Positions 10,731 to 27,887 of a stretch of 64,000 nucleotides of DNA are shown here, one piece after another. The stretch is from an uncultured Thermoleophilia bacterium. Lineage in GTDB: Bacteria > Actinomycetota > Thermoleophilia > RBG-16-64-13. Both the position numbers and the translations under genes were made by a program. Each line of letters opens with the position of its first letter. Within the stretch, counting starts at the first letter, position 1. A model generated the notes under the pieces. The model ran no database searches. It saw only the letters and a program-made list of their open reading frames with translations, and was not told where the DNA came from. The DNA lies in NCBI GenBank assembly GCA_963772095.1, contig CAVYVU010000001.1:5588-69587 (forward strand). Direction: 5' to 3'.

Positions 10731-11997
10731 GTGGAGAGTTACGCCGAAATACCCCTGGCAGAGGCCGACCCGGTCATCAGCGAGCTGATCAAGAGAAGAG
10801 CTCGAGCGCCAGCAACACAATATCGAGCTGATCGCCTCGGAGAACTTCACTCCCGTGGCCATCCTGGAAGCGGTGGGGAGTGTTCTTACCAACAAATATG
10901 CCGAAGGCTATCCGGGCAAGCGGTACTACGGGGGCTGCGACCGGGTCGACGAGATCGAGACGCTTGCCATCGAGCGGGCGAAGGCCCTCTACGGCGCCGA
11001 GCACGCGAACGTGCAGCCTCATTCCGGCTCCGCCGCGAATCAGGCGATCTACATAGGCCTCGCTTAACCCGGGCGATGTGGTGCTGGCCATGAGCCTGGC
11101 CCACGGCGGCCATCTCACCCACGGGCACTCGGTCAACTTCTCCGGTCGTGGTTACACCTTCTACCATTACGGCGTACGCGAGGACACCGGGCGCATCGAC
11201 TATGACGAGGTCCGGGCCAAGGCTCGCCGGCACAAACCGAAGCTCATCGTCGCCGGAGCGAGCGCCTATCCCCGGCAACTGGACTTCGCGGCCTTCCGCC
11301 AGATCGCCGACGAGGTGGGCGCGGAACTGATGGTGGACATGGCGCACATCGCCGGGCTGGTGGCGGCGGGCGTGCATCCGTCGCCCTTCGGCTTCGCGGA
11401 CTGGGTCTCCACCACCACCCACAAGACTCTCGCCGGTCCCCGAGGCGGGGCCTGCTTCTGCGGTCGAGCGAACGCGTCGCGTCTCGACAAGGCCGTCTTC
11501 CCCGGTCTCCAGGGCGGGCCGCTCGAGCACGTCATCGCCGGCAAGGCCGTGTGCTTCCATGCTGGCCGCTTCCGAGGAGTTCAAGGCCAAGCAACGGCGC
11601 ACGGTGGAGAACGCGGCGGTGCTCGCCAAGACGCTGATGGAGGGCGGGCTCAAGCTGGTCTCCGGCGGCACGGACAACCATCTGCTGCTGGTGGACTTCC
11701 GCGGCATGCGAGATGACCGGCAAGCGCGCTCAGGAGCTCCTCGACCGGGTCGGGATCACGGCCAACAAGAACAGCATCCCCGGCGACCACCGGCCGCCCA
11801 CGGTCACCTCCGGTCTTCGTCTCGGCACTCCGGCCATGACCACCCGGGGCTTCGGCCCGGTGGAGATGCGAGAAGTGGGCGAATCATCGTCGCGACACTG
11901 CTCATCGAGGAGCCCTCCGAAGAGAAGATCGCCGGCTCCTGTGGCGCAGCCGCGCGCTGACGGCGGCCTTCCCGCTCTACCGGTCGCTGGTGGCTGA
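10731..11997 (+). pseudogene. glyA: Serine hydroxymethyltransferase, at least 5 frame breaks as assembled
   Basis: Fragments: [85 protein letters not shown]...[18 protein letters not shown]. Breaks are at ~10795, 11070, 11560, 11715, 11880 and 11945. AAGGAG-N5-GTG lies at 10731. Confidence 0.8.
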
Positions 11998-12489
11998 TGG
12001 TCCGTCCGCGGACAGATGGGTCGGAGATGTGCACTGCCCCGTCCAGCAGGTCGCCCGGTTGGGAAGACTACTTCATGGAGATCGCGCGGGTGGTCGCGAC
12101 TCGCTCCAGTGCCTACGCAGGCAGGTCGGCGCCGTGGTGGTGAAGAACCGCCAGATCTTGGCCACGGGGTACAACGGTGTCCCTCGCGGACTGCGCCACT
12201 GCGACGAACGGGGTTGTCTGCGCGACCGGCTCGAGCGTGCCCTCCGGGGAGCGGCAGGAGCTGTGCCGGGGATTGCACGCGGAGCAGAACGCCATCGTCC
12301 AGGCGGCCTATCACGGGGTGGCCATCCAAGGCGGCCGAGATCTACTGCACGCATCAGCCTTGCGCCGTGTGCGCGAAGATGCTGGTGAACTGCAGACATC
12401 GCGGCCGTGTATTTCGCCGGGGCATATCCCGACCAGTTGGCCATGGAGGTCTTTCGAGGAGGCAGGCACGCGGCTCGTTCATGGGCTGA
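11997..12489 (+). pseudogene. dCMP deaminase (ComEB-like cytidine/deoxycytidylate deaminase), at least 4 frame breaks as assembled
   Basis: Fragments alternate between frames: [42 protein letters not shown] (HAE zinc motif), [16 protein letters not shown] (PCxxC). The ATG at 11997 overlaps the TGA at 11995..11997. The 3' end is uncertain. Confidence 0.7.
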
Positions 12490-12600
12490 TGCCATGCAGT
12501 TTCGGCATCTCGCCCTGCGCAAATCGCTGGCTGTACGAGGAACGCGACCGCTGTGAGGCATCGCGACTCGGCCGTAAGTTGCCCACGAGTGGCGATTTCC

Positions 12601-12629
12601 TTGCAGCGGGAGGGGCAGCTGTCTATAAT
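12601..12629 (+). promoter_or_regulatory. Sigma-70-type promoter of the atp operon (TTGCAG-17 nt-TATAAT)
   Basis: TTGCAG at 12601..12606 and TATAAT at 12624..12629, spaced exactly 17 nt. The atpZ ATG at 12645 implies a very short leader without an obvious SD. Confidence 0.55.
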
Positions 12630-12644
12630 GCGAGCGTTCAGCAT

Positions 12645-12923
12645 ATGAGCAAGGATCCTCTGCGCGACTACTCGCAGGTCATGAGTCTAGGGTTCACACT
12701 GGTCGCGTACGTCCTTGTCTTCACCGCCATAGGTTATGGGCTGGATCGTTGGCTGCACACGACCCCGTGGCTTATGGTCGCCGGGGTCTTCGTGGGAGCG
12801 GGTTTCGGGTTCTTGTATTTGGTGCGGATCCTGTTTTCGGCCACATCCGGTGACAAGGATGGAGGAAAAGGAGCGCGCGACGACCGGCAGAATGGGCCGG
12901 GAGGCCGCTCCAAAGGGCAGTAG
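12645..12923 (+). CDS. AtpZ/ATPase_gene1-family small membrane protein
   Basis: 92 aa with two TM helices and the pattern [42 protein letters not shown]. It is the first gene of the atp operon. Confidence 0.75.
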   Translation: MSKDPLRDYSQVMSLGFTLVAYVLVFTAIGYGLDRWLHTTPWLMVAGVFVGAGFGFLYLVRILFSATSGDKDGGKGARDDRQNGPGGRSKGQ

Positions 12924-13277
12924 GCTGGTAGTCGGGAGGAAGCGCTGGAGCTTGTGCTCGTGTCTGTGGCCGTTGGTCTGGCGCTGGCGGTCGCCTACCA
13001 CTTCCTCTCGGTGCGGCTGCAGAGCTGGTTCTCGCGGTACAGCGCGGTCTTGCTGCCGCTCGTGTTCGTGGTAGGTTTCCTCGATACGGCTGGTCGTGTT
13101 GGCGGCTGTACTGGTGGCGGTGGCGTTGTGGACTCCGCTGAACGTCGTGGCGGTCGCGCTGTCCTTCATAGGTTTGTTCACGGTGTTGACAGGCATCTGG
13201 CTCTACAGGTTGGCCACGAAAGGTCGCAAGACCCCGCCCGCGGGCGGGACCTCTCGAAGGCTCAGTGGGAGAAGCAG

Positions 13278-14340
<1,063 letters not shown>

Positions 14341-14399
14341 GGCAGCCCGCGAGCGGAAAGCGGGCGCCTGGCGGACACGCCGGAGAGGCCGGGAGAAGC

Positions 14400-14911
14400 A
14401 TGATCAAGATCTTTGAGATAAACCCCGGACTGTTCGTCTGGTCGGTGCTCACCTTCCTGGTCTTGGTCGCGGCGCTTTACAAGTTCGCGTTCAATCCGCT
14501 GATGAGGTTGCAGAAGGCCCGCCAGGACGAGATCCATCAGTCGATCGTGAGCGCGGAGGAACTACGCAACGAAGCCCAGGAGTTGCTCGCCAACTACAAG
14601 CGGCAGATGGCCGATGCACGACAGCAGTCGGAAGCCATTCTGGATCGGGCACGCAAGCTGAGCGAGACGAGCAAGGCCGAAGTCCTGGAGGAAGCCAGGG
14701 TCCAGGCCGAGGCCACCCTTGCCAGGGCCCGCGAGCAGATCGAGACGGGACACCACGCAGGCGCTCCAGAAGATCAGGGAAGAGGTGGCCGACCTCACCA
14801 TCGCCGCCACCGAGAGGGTCACTCGGAAGAGCTTGACAACGGAAGATCAGCTGCGCCTGGTCCAGGACGCCATAAACGAGATCGACCTGCAGCAAGGTCA
14901 GCGAGAACTAG
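14400..14911 (+). pseudogene. atpF: F0F1 ATP synthase subunit b, 1-2 frame breaks as assembled
   Basis: N-terminal TM (LFVWSVLTFLVLVAALYKF) plus a long charged helix. It continues in ORF 14719... (ALQKIREEVADLTIAATERV) after a break at ~14745. The end is uncertain: TAG 14909..14911 in a third frame, or 14985. Confidence 0.7.
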
Positions 14912-14926
14912 GAGAGCGGGACCGCT

Positions 14927-15502
14927 TTGAGCGAAGGCAAGGTCGCCCGAGTGTACGCAGCAGCCCTCTACCAAGCGGCGGATGAAGAAGGCCGCGTGGA
15001 GGCCGTGCGCAGCGACCTTGGCGACGTTCGTGCAGCGCGGTGGAGACATCCACGGAGCTTAAGCAGTTCCTGGTGGCCGAGGGCGTCTCGGACCTCGACA
15101 AGAAGCAGGTCCTCCTGGAGCTGACCGAGGGCGGTGACGAATTGGTGCGCAACTTCTTGCGCATCATGGTGGACAAGAGCCGCGAGAGCGCGCTCGCGGA
15201 GACCTATCAGGCGTACGTGGACCTGGTGGAGCGAGGCCGCGGGCCTCGTGCACGTCGAGGTGGTGTCGGCCGTCCCGCTGACGCCGACGCTGCAGGAAGC
15301 TCTCAAGAGCAAGATCGAGTCCTCTCTGCACAAGACCGTCGAGCTCACCATGACGGTGGACGAGGACATGTTGGGCGGGCTGAAGCTCCGCATAGGCGGC
15401 CGGGTGGCTGACGCCAGCGTGCGTTACCGGCTGGAGAAGCTCCGCGAATCGTTGATCAGCCCTATGGCTAGCATGGAGGGTTCAGTTGAAGCTGCGTCCT
15501 GA
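14927..15502 (+). pseudogene. atpH: F0F1 ATP synthase subunit delta (OSCP), two frame breaks as assembled
   Basis: VARVYAAALYQAA... (ORF 14927...), then LVRNFLRIMVDKSR (ORF 15040...), then ...VVSAVPLTPTLQEALKSKIE...GGLKLRIGGRVADASV (ORF 15134..15502). Breaks are at ~15030 and ~15235. Confidence 0.75.
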
Positions 15503-17052
15503 GGAGATAACCAGCGTCCTTAAGTCTCGTATCAAGCAGTACGAGACGGGGGTGGATTTCCAGGAAGTGGGCACCGTGGTCCAGGTGGGCGACGGCGTCG
15601 CGCGTATCCAGGGGCTCGAGAACGCGGTGGCCTCTGAGATGCTCGAGTTGCCCCACGACGTCATCGGCCTGGTGCTCAACCTGGAGGAAGACAGCATCGG
15701 CGCCGTGCTCATGGGGGAAGACACCCTCATCAAAGAGGGCGATATCGTCAAGCGGACCGGCAACGTCATCCAGGTCCCGGTCGGCGAAGCCCTCATCGGG
15801 CGGGTGGTGAATCCTCTGGGCGTGCCTTTGGACGACAAGGGCCCCATCGAGACCCAGAACTTCAGGCAGGTGGAGTTCAAAGCCCCCGGCGTCATCCGCA
15901 GGCAGCCCGTCAAGGAGCCGCTGCAGACCGGGATCAAGGCCATCGACTCCATGATCCCCATCGGGCGCGGGCAGCGCGAGCTCATCATCGGCGACCGGGG
16001 CACCGGCAAGACGGCCATCGCCCTGGACACCATCATCAACCAAAAGGGCCAGGACGTGATCTGCATCTACGTCGCCATCGGCCAGAAGGCCTCCACCGTG
16101 GCCAGCCTGGTCGCGCGGCTGGAGGAGCACGGGGCGATGGACTACACCATCATCGTCATGGCCGGCGGCCTCGACGGGCGCTCCCCTGCGGTACATCGCC
16201 CCGTACGCGGGCTGCGCTATGGGCGAGTACTTCACCTACCAGGGCAAGCACGCGCTCTGCATCTACGACGACCTCACCAAGCACGCCGACGCGTACCGGC
16301 AGATGTCCCTGCTACTGCGGCGGCCGCCGGGTCGCGAGGCCTTCCCGGGCGACATCTTCTACCTGCACAGCCGCCTGCTGGAACGGGCCTGCAAGCTGAG
16401 CGACAAAGAGGGTGGAGGCTCGCTCACGGCTTTGCCGATCATCCAGACCCAAGCCGGCGACGTCTCTGCCTACATCCCTACCAACGTGATCTCGATCACC
16501 GACGGCCAGATCTTCCTGGAGAGCGACCTGTTCTACTCTGGGATCCGTCCGGCCATCAACGTGGGGATCTCGGTCTCGCGGGTGGGGGGCAACGCTCAGA
16601 TCAAGGCTATGCGCAAGGTGGCGGGGACGCTGCGACTCGACCTGTCGCAGTTCCGCGACTTGGAGGCTTTTGCCAAGTTCGGCTCCGAGCTCGACCAGGA
16701 CACCTTGAACACGTTGGCCCGTGGGGAGCGGCTGGTGGGAACCCTGAACCAGCCGCAGTTCATGCCCTGGCCGGTAGAAGACCAGGTGATGATCCTCTAT
16801 TCGGCCACCCAAGGCTTCCTGGACGACATCCCGGTGGCCCAGGTGTCGCGTTTCAACGACATGCTACGGAGCAATCTGACTACGGACCATCCCGAGATCG
16901 GCCAGGATATCGCCGCCACCAAGGCCCTGAGCGATGAGAACGAAGCCAAGCTGCGCGCGGCTATCGACGCGTTCAAGGAACTCTGGACGAGCGTCTCCGG
17001 CGAGGCGGCCGAGACGCCGAGCCTCGCTTTAGGCGTGGCGACGGGTATCTAG
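15486..17052 (+). pseudogene. atpA: F0F1 ATP synthase subunit alpha, one frame break as assembled
   Basis: Walker A GDRGTGKT is in ORF 15486... After a break at ~16165 (extra G in GCCGGCGGCC) it continues as [18 protein letters not shown]... in ORF 16219..17052. Confidence 0.9.
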
Positions 17053-17065
17053 CAGACAGGAAGAC

Positions 17066-19484
<2,419 letters not shown>

Positions 19485-19487
19485 GTC

Positions 19488-19929
19488 TTGGCTGAGGAAC
19501 GAAGCACTTATCTGCGACTGGAGCTGGTCGCTCCGGCCGGTCCGGTGTACGAGGGCGACGTGGAGATGGTCGTCATGCCGGCCGTGACGGGCGAACTCGG
19601 TGTCCTGCCGCACCATGCGCCCATGGTCGCGCAACTCGACTATCGGCCGTCTGCGGGCGTTGACCACGGGAGGCGACTGGCTCAACTTCGCGATTTCCGA
19701 AGGCTTCGCCAAAGTGCAGTTCGACAAGGTGATCGTGTTGGCGGATACTGCCGAGGAAGCCTCCAAGATCGATGTGCCAAGAGTTGAGCGGGCACTGGAG
19801 CGAGCTACGAAACGACTGAACATGTACCGCCAGGGCACGGTGCCCGAGGGCGAGGAAGTAGACCCTTACCGGGAAACGACGGCCCTTCGGCGCGCCAAGA
19901 ACCGGCTCAAAGTCGCCGAAATGGCCTAA
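19488..19929 (+). pseudogene. atpC: F0F1 ATP synthase subunit epsilon, one frame break as assembled
   Basis: The N-terminal beta-sandwich (LVAPAGPVYEGDVEMVVMPAVTGELGVLPHHAPMV) is in ORF 19488... The rest (GRLRALTTGG...FAKVQFDKVIVLADTAE) is in ORF 19600..19929. The break is at ~19640, where deleting one T restores LD-IGRL. Confidence 0.85.
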
Positions 19930-19936
19930 CGGCTGC

Positions 19937-21235
19937 ATGGTGGCGGAAGCGGCGGGATCCCGCTTGATAGTGCATGGTGGCCGGCGCTTGTCTGGCCAGG
20001 TCACCGTGTCGGGCGCGAAGAACTCTGCCCTCAAGCTCATGGCGGCGGCGCTGCTGGCGCCGGGAATGAGCGTGCTCCACAACGTCCCGGCCATCCAGGA
20101 CGTGAGCACGATGCAGGAGGTGCTCGAGCACCTGGGCGCGCGCGTGGAGTTCGCGGACGGCACCATGAGTGTCGACACCACCGACGTCCAGTCCCAAGTG
20201 GCGCCGTATGAGCTGGTGCAGCGGATGCGGGCCTCCATTCAGATCATGGGGCCGCTCGTAGCGCGTTTCGGCCAGGCCCGCGTGGCCATGCCCGGTGGCT
20301 GCAACCTGGGGCCCCGCAAGATCGACATCCACCTGCGTGGACTTGCCGCCATGGGCGGGGTGGTCCGCTCGGGCCATGGCTTCGTCGAGGTGTCCGCGGA
20401 TAAGCTCCGAGCCATCGACATGTTCCTCGACTATCCCAGCGTGGGCGCGACGGAGAACCTCTTGATGGCCGCCGTCCTTGCCGAGGGCACCACTACGCTG
20501 GAGAACGCGGCTCGCGAACCCGAGATCGTGGATCTGTGCAAGTTCCTGGTGAGTATGGGCGCCGATATCGAGGGGGCCGGCAGTTCCACCCTGCGCATCA
20601 CCGGGGTCGATGAGATGCATCCGGCGGAGCACACAGTGCTGGGCGACCGCATCGAGGCCGGGACGTTCCTCATCGCGGGGGCCGTCACCGGCGGAGAGGT
20701 GGAAGTGACCGGCATCAGCCCGCATGTGCTCGACCTGTTCCTCTCCAAGCTGCGCTCGGTCGGAGTGCAGGTGCATGAGAACACTCGGAGCGTCAAGATC
20801 TGGGGCGATCCCGTTTCGTATTCAGGTGTCGACGTGGCCACCTTGCCATACCCTGGTTTTGCCACCGACCTGCAGGCGCAGATGATGGTGCTACTATCCT
20901 TAGCTCAGGGCGTTTCCGTCGTCACCGAGAACGTGTTTGAGAATCGGTTCGGTTTTGTGGACGAACTTGTCAGGCTGGGAGCGGACATCCGGGTGAACGG
21001 TAATCATGCCGTCATCACCGGCGGTCGCTCGCTGTCCGGGGCCATCGTCCGTTGTCCAGACCTGCGAGCGGGCGCCGCGCTGGCCATCGCCGGTCTTACA
21101 GCAGAAGGTTGCACCGAGCTGCGGGACGTCTTCCACATCGACCGCGGATACGAGCGTTTCGAAGAGAAACTGCGTGCGCTCGGCGCCGATGTAGATCGAG
21201 CCGAGGTCGGGGCGGCCTCCTGCCCTCCTCTGTGA
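19937..21235 (+). CDS. murA: UDP-N-acetylglucosamine 1-carboxyvinyltransferase
   Basis: 432-aa intact ORF: VSGAKNSALKLMAAALLA...MPGGCNLGPRKIDIHL...LRAGAALAIAGL. Confidence 0.95.
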   Translation: MVAEAAGSRLIVHGGRRLSGQVTVSGAKNSALKLMAAALLAPGMSVLHNVPAIQDVSTMQEVLEHLGARVEFADGTMSVDTTDVQSQVAPYELVQRMRASIQIMGPLVARFGQARVAMPGGCNLGPRKIDIHLRGLAAMGGVVRSGHGFVEVSADKLRAIDMFLDYPSVGATENLLMAAVLAEGTTTLENAAREPEIVDLCKFLVSMGADIEGAGSSTLRITGVDEMHPAEHTVLGDRIEAGTFLIAGAVTGGEVEVTGISPHVLDLFLSKLRSVGVQVHENTRSVKIWGDPVSYSGVDVATLPYPGFATDLQAQMMVLLSLAQGVSVVTENVFENRFGFVDELVRLGADIRVNGNHAVITGGRSLSGAIVRCPDLRAGAALAIAGLTAEGCTELRDVFHIDRGYERFEEKLRALGADVDRAEVGAASCPPL

Positions 21236-21297
21236 GATCTGGCCTGAGTTCGAGATATGGCGCGGAGATGTTCGCCGTGTCGGATCGGAGCGGACCG

Positions 21298-22822
21298 ATG
21301 AACGAAAAACCGTATACGGTCTACCCGGTGAAGCGAAAGCCCAGGTGGAAGCGGATCGTGCTGTGGAGCCTGGTGGGCTTGGTCGTGCTGGTGCTGGCCG
21401 TGGGCGGGGGTTCGTACTTCTGGCTCAATCATGTGATCACGGGCTCCCACCCCACGGGCACTGACATCGGCAATGCGATCAAAGACAAGCCGACCACCAC
21501 CCTGATCCCCGCGCCGACCACAGGCATGGACATCCTCGTCCTTGGCTCCGACATCCGGCCCACCCTCGAGGCATCGGGCCGCTCCGACACCATCATGCTC
21601 GTGCACGCCGATCCCACGCAGAACTTCCTGTCTATCCTCTCCATCCCCCGCGATCTGTACGTAGACATCCCCGGTCATGGTAAGGCGAAGATCAACGCCG
21701 CCTACGCCGATGGAGGGGGAGCGCTCACCATCCGCACGGTGAAGGAACTCACCGGGATCGACATAAAGCAGTACATGGAGGTCGATTTCAACGCTTTCAA
21801 GGACATCACCAATGCCGTCGGCGGGGTCTATGTCGATGTCGACCAACGCTACTACAACGCCGATCCCACCTGGGAGCTGATCAAACTCTCTCCCGGGTAT
21901 CAGCTACTGAACGGGGCTAACGCCCTCGATTACGTGCGTTTCCGCCACGACCTGAACCTCGACTTCGGACGCATGGACCGGCAGCAGCGATTCCTCGTCG
22001 CGCTCCGCGAGCAGGCGATCGGTTGGAATCTGCCCCTGAAGCTCCCGGGGTATATCAGTGCGCTGTTCAAGAATGTGACCACAACCCTGAAGACCAACGA
22101 CGTCCTCAGTCTTGCTGCGTGGGGCATCAAGCTGAACGGGGACCGCATACGCCAGGTGAGCATCGTGGGGGACCCGCAGATGGTCGACGGGCAATCGGTG
22201 GTCGTCGCCTCGAGTGAAACCATCCGGCAGGCCGTCGCGGATTTCCTCACTCCCCCTTCTGCCTCGACCACCCAGGCCAGCACGACCGGAACGACTTCCT
22301 CCATAGGCGCTGAGACCACCACTTCGTCCACGGTGCCGTTCATCACCGACCCGGCCCATATCGCCAACAGCCATCTCTGGTCCATCATGGCGGCGGCCGC
22401 GCCCTTCAAGGTGGAAGCGCCGGGCTTCCTCCCCGACGGCTGCAACTACGTGGATCGGCAACCGGCCGAAGGACAGGGCGGTTCATACGGCATTCAGGTG
22501 GGCGGAGGAACCAAGCCGGCCATCAAGATGGTCTATCAGTTGACCCGCGAGGGCGCAGCCCACCGATCAGTACATGGGCATCATGGAGACCAGTTGGACG
22601 TCGGCTCCCGCGGCCAGCAACGGCCAGGAGGTCCAGCACGGCGGTGTTACTTTCACGATCGTGGGCACCAACCAGAAAGTCGACCACATCTGGTGGAAGA
22701 AAGACGGAGTACTGTATTGGGTATCGAATACCCTCACCTACTACGTGAGCAAGAAGGATCTGCTCAAAGTAGCCGAGTCGATGATCACCATCCCAACGAC
22801 GGGAACGGTCTCTTCGGGGTAG
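21298..22822 (+). pseudogene. LytR-CpsA-Psr (LCP) family protein, paralog 1, with extra C-terminal module; one frame break as assembled
   Basis: N-terminal TM, then the LCP core (ILVLGSD...GRSDTIMLVHADP...SILSIPRDLYVDIPG...KINAAYA...ALDYVRFRHD). The C-terminal module continues in ORF 22574..22822 after a break at ~22560 (+1). An alternative ATG lies at 21268. Confidence 0.8.
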
Positions 22823-22874
22823 AATCTCCCCTCCACCCCGGAGGACAGCACTTTTTCACGAGCGGAGCACGTCA

Positions 22875-24750
22875 CTGAGCGACAAGCCCTACACTGAATA
22901 TGGAGTCCAGGGCCGACGCCCCGGCCGGTGGAAGCGCGTCCTGCTTTGGACTCTCCTGGGCTTGGTGCTGCTTGTGTTGGCCGTGGGCGGTGGCTCGTAT
23001 CTGTGGTTTCGTAGCCAGGTGGTTGCTTCCAACACACGCGTAGACCCGAAGGTCACCGTGGTGGAGGGCACCGTGCCCTCGAGCACCGTGGTCTCAGTCA
23101 AGGTCCCGGACTCGCCCACCGGCATGAACATCGTCGTGCTCGGCACGGACAAGCGGGCGAACATTGCCGAGAACTACGGGCGCTCCGATACGCTGATGGT
23201 CGTCCACGTCGATCCGGGCCAGAACTACCTTTCCATTCTGTCCATCCCTCGCGACTTGTACGTGGATGTTCCGGGATACGGCAAGCAGAAGATCAACGCG
23301 GCTTACGCCCTCGGTGGACCTGCGCTCACCATCAAAACGGTGTCGCAGTTAACCGGAGTCGCCATCGACAAATACGTCGAGGTCGACTTCAACGCGTTCA
23401 AGGACATAACGGACGCTCTTGGTGGCGTCTATGTGGACGTCGACGCGCGCTACTACAGCGCCAACCCCAACTGGGAGATGATCAATATTTGGCCGGGATA
23501 TCAGCTCTTGAACGGTAGCAACGCATTGGATTACGTCCGTTTCCGTCACGATCTGAACCTGGACTTCGGGACGGATGGAGCGCCAGCAGCGCTTTCTGGC
23601 GGCAGCCAGGGAGCAGGCCATGGGATGGAATCTCCCCTTCAAGCTACCGGGTCTGATCAGCGCTCTGTTCAAGAACGTCAACACCGATCTGGGCGCGAAC
23701 GACGTCCTGAAGCTCGCGTACTGGGGGGTGAAGCTCAGCGGTGACCGCATCCGCCAGGTGAGCCTCATCGGCACTCCGGAGCAGATCGGCAGCGGCTCGT
23801 ATGTGGTGGCGACCAACACCGAGCTCGCCGATGCTGTCACCGGCCTCCTCACGCCGCCATCGGCCTCCGGCCAGAAGACTTCCTCGCAGACCGGCGCCGT
23901 ACAGGCCGGCACCACTGAGGGCACGGTACAGGGCGACATCATCCCCGGTGAGGCGCCCGGTTCTTCCGCTACGACTACCACGCTGCCGGTAAAGGTCGAC
24001 CTCACCGGAGTGACGGTCGATATTCTGAACGGCATGGGCGTCGATGGCTACGGGGCGGCCAGCTCGGATTACTTCAAGAGCCTCGGAGCGACCGTCAACA
24101 GTGTCGGCACCGCCAGCAATGGGCTTCACAAGAACACTACCGTGCTTTACCCTTCCGGGAAATCGGCGCAGGCCCATCTGGTGGGCCAGGCAGTGCGGGC
24201 AGATTCCGTTGACAGGAGTAGCTCCGTGAGCCAGATCACCGTCACCCTCGGCGATGGTTTCCAGCTGCCGGCGGCATTCCAACCGCCCATCAGCGCAGCG
24301 ACGATCCCCAACGCCGGCGAGTGGAAGGCTTTGGCAAAGATGATCCCCTTCGCGGTGGAAGGGCCCGGGTACCTCCCCAGCGGTTACACATACGCGGATA
24401 GGATGCCCCGGACCGGTGCCACCTACGATATCAAGGTGGGCAATGGCACCAAGCCCGCTCTCAAGATGATCTACCAGCTCAGCGTGAACGGGTCGGAGAC
24501 CGACCAGTACATGGGTATCACGGAGACGACCTGGACCTCGGCTCCCGCCACCAGTGGTGGTCAGGAAGTGCAGCACGACGGGGTCAAGTTCACCATCGTG
24601 GGTACCAACCAGAAGGTCGACCACATCTGGTGGGAAAAGGACGGCACTCTGTACTGGGTCTCGAACACCCTCTCGTACTACTTGACCAAGCAGCAGTTGC
24701 TGGATGTGGCCGAGTCCATGATCGTCATCCCGCCGGCTGTGACCACCTAG
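22875..24750 (+). pseudogene. LCP family protein, paralog 2 (LCP core + LytR_C-like + C-terminal module); one frame break and no canonical start as assembled
   Basis: It parallels paralog 1 from SDKPYTEYGVQGRRPGRWKRVLLW onward. The only in-frame ATG/GTG/TTG is at 22962, inside the TM helix, so 22875 (CTG) is nominal. The break is at ~23570 (+1). The LytR_C-like segment is VTVDILNGMGVDGYGAA...ITVTLGDGF. Confidence 0.7.
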
Positions 24751-24785
24751 TCCGCGCCAAGGCCGCTCACACAAGGTCTTAGATC

Positions 24786-26731
<1,946 letters not shown>

Positions 26732-26736
26732 GCGGT

Positions 26737-27870
26737 ATGCGCGACGGAATGGCCGGCATGCGCGCCGGAGAGGCTGACGTGGAAGCGAAGGCGCCGACGG
26801 ACCTGGCTGCCGCGGCCGGGAACATCCGCACGATCGAGTGGCAGGACGGCGCCGTGGTCATGATCGACCAGCGCCGCTTACCGCTGGAAGAAGTCTACGT
26901 GTCGTGCCGCACTTGGCAGGAACTAGGCGAGTCCATTTGCAACATGACGGTTCGGGGAGCCCCCGCTCTCGGCGTTGCCGCGGCGATGGGCATGGCACTC
27001 GCCGCGCGGTCTGCGGTGGCCGAGGCGGGCTCGGACCCTGTCCGCTTCCGGAATCTGCTCCAAGATGCGACCAAAGGCCTATTCGCGACCCGGCCCACCG
27101 CGGTTAATCTCCCCTGGGCACTAGGCGAGATGGAGGGCATCTGGAGGCGGCATGATTTGGCACCGGACGAGACGGCGCGGAAGATGGAGCAGCTCGCCCT
27201 GCGGATCTACGAGGACGATCTCGCTTCGTGCTGGGCGATCGGTGAGTATGGCGCGGAGCTTATCCAGGTGGAGAATCCCGTCATCCTTACGCACTGCAAC
27301 GCGGGCGCGCTGGCGACGGCGGGATACGGCACGGCTCTGGGGGTCATAAGGTCCGTGTTTGCCAGGAACCCGAGGCTGCATGTCCTGGTGGACGAGACCA
27401 GGCCGCTGCTCCAGGGGGCAAGGCTTACCGCGTGGGAGCTCAGTCGTGAAGGGATCTCGATGGAACTCATCACGGACAATATGGCCGGGTATTTCATGAG
27501 GAAGGGAATCATCACTCACGCGATCGTCGGCGCCGACCGGATCACGGCGAACGGTGATGTAGCTAATAAAGTGGGTACGTACGGTGTATCGGTCCTGGCC
27601 CGGGAGCATGGGGTACCTTTCATCGTGGCGGCGCCGGTGTCGACGGTGGACCTCTCGCTCCGCGACGGCGACGACATTCCCATCGAGGAACGGGATCCTT
27701 CTGAAGTGACCGGCTACCGTAGTGAACGATGGGCGCCGTATGGAGTGCGGGTGCGCAACCCGGCATTCGATGTGACGCCTGCTCGCAACGTGAGCGCGAT
27801 CGTGACTGAACGAGGTGTGGCCCGGCCTCCATACGGAGAGAGCCTCCAGGAGTTGGGTGCGCGAAAGTAG
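26737..27870 (+). CDS. mtnA: S-methyl-5-thioribose-1-phosphate isomerase (eIF-2B alpha/beta/delta family)
   Basis: 377 aa from the ATG at 26737: IDQRRLP, VRGAPALG, ATRPTAVNL, THCNAGALAT, VDETRPLLQGARLTAWEL, GADRITANGDVANKVGTY. The longer listed ORF 26125... overlaps ahcY in another frame. Confidence 0.9.
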   Translation: MRDGMAGMRAGEADVEAKAPTDLAAAAGNIRTIEWQDGAVVMIDQRRLPLEEVYVSCRTWQELGESICNMTVRGAPALGVAAAMGMALAARSAVAEAGSDPVRFRNLLQDATKGLFATRPTAVNLPWALGEMEGIWRRHDLAPDETARKMEQLALRIYEDDLASCWAIGEYGAELIQVENPVILTHCNAGALATAGYGTALGVIRSVFARNPRLHVLVDETRPLLQGARLTAWELSREGISMELITDNMAGYFMRKGIITHAIVGADRITANGDVANKVGTYGVSVLAREHGVPFIVAAPVSTVDLSLRDGDDIPIEERDPSEVTGYRSERWAPYGVRVRNPAFDVTPARNVSAIVTERGVARPPYGESLQELGARK

Positions 27871-27887
27871 GCGATTAGCCGAGAAGA

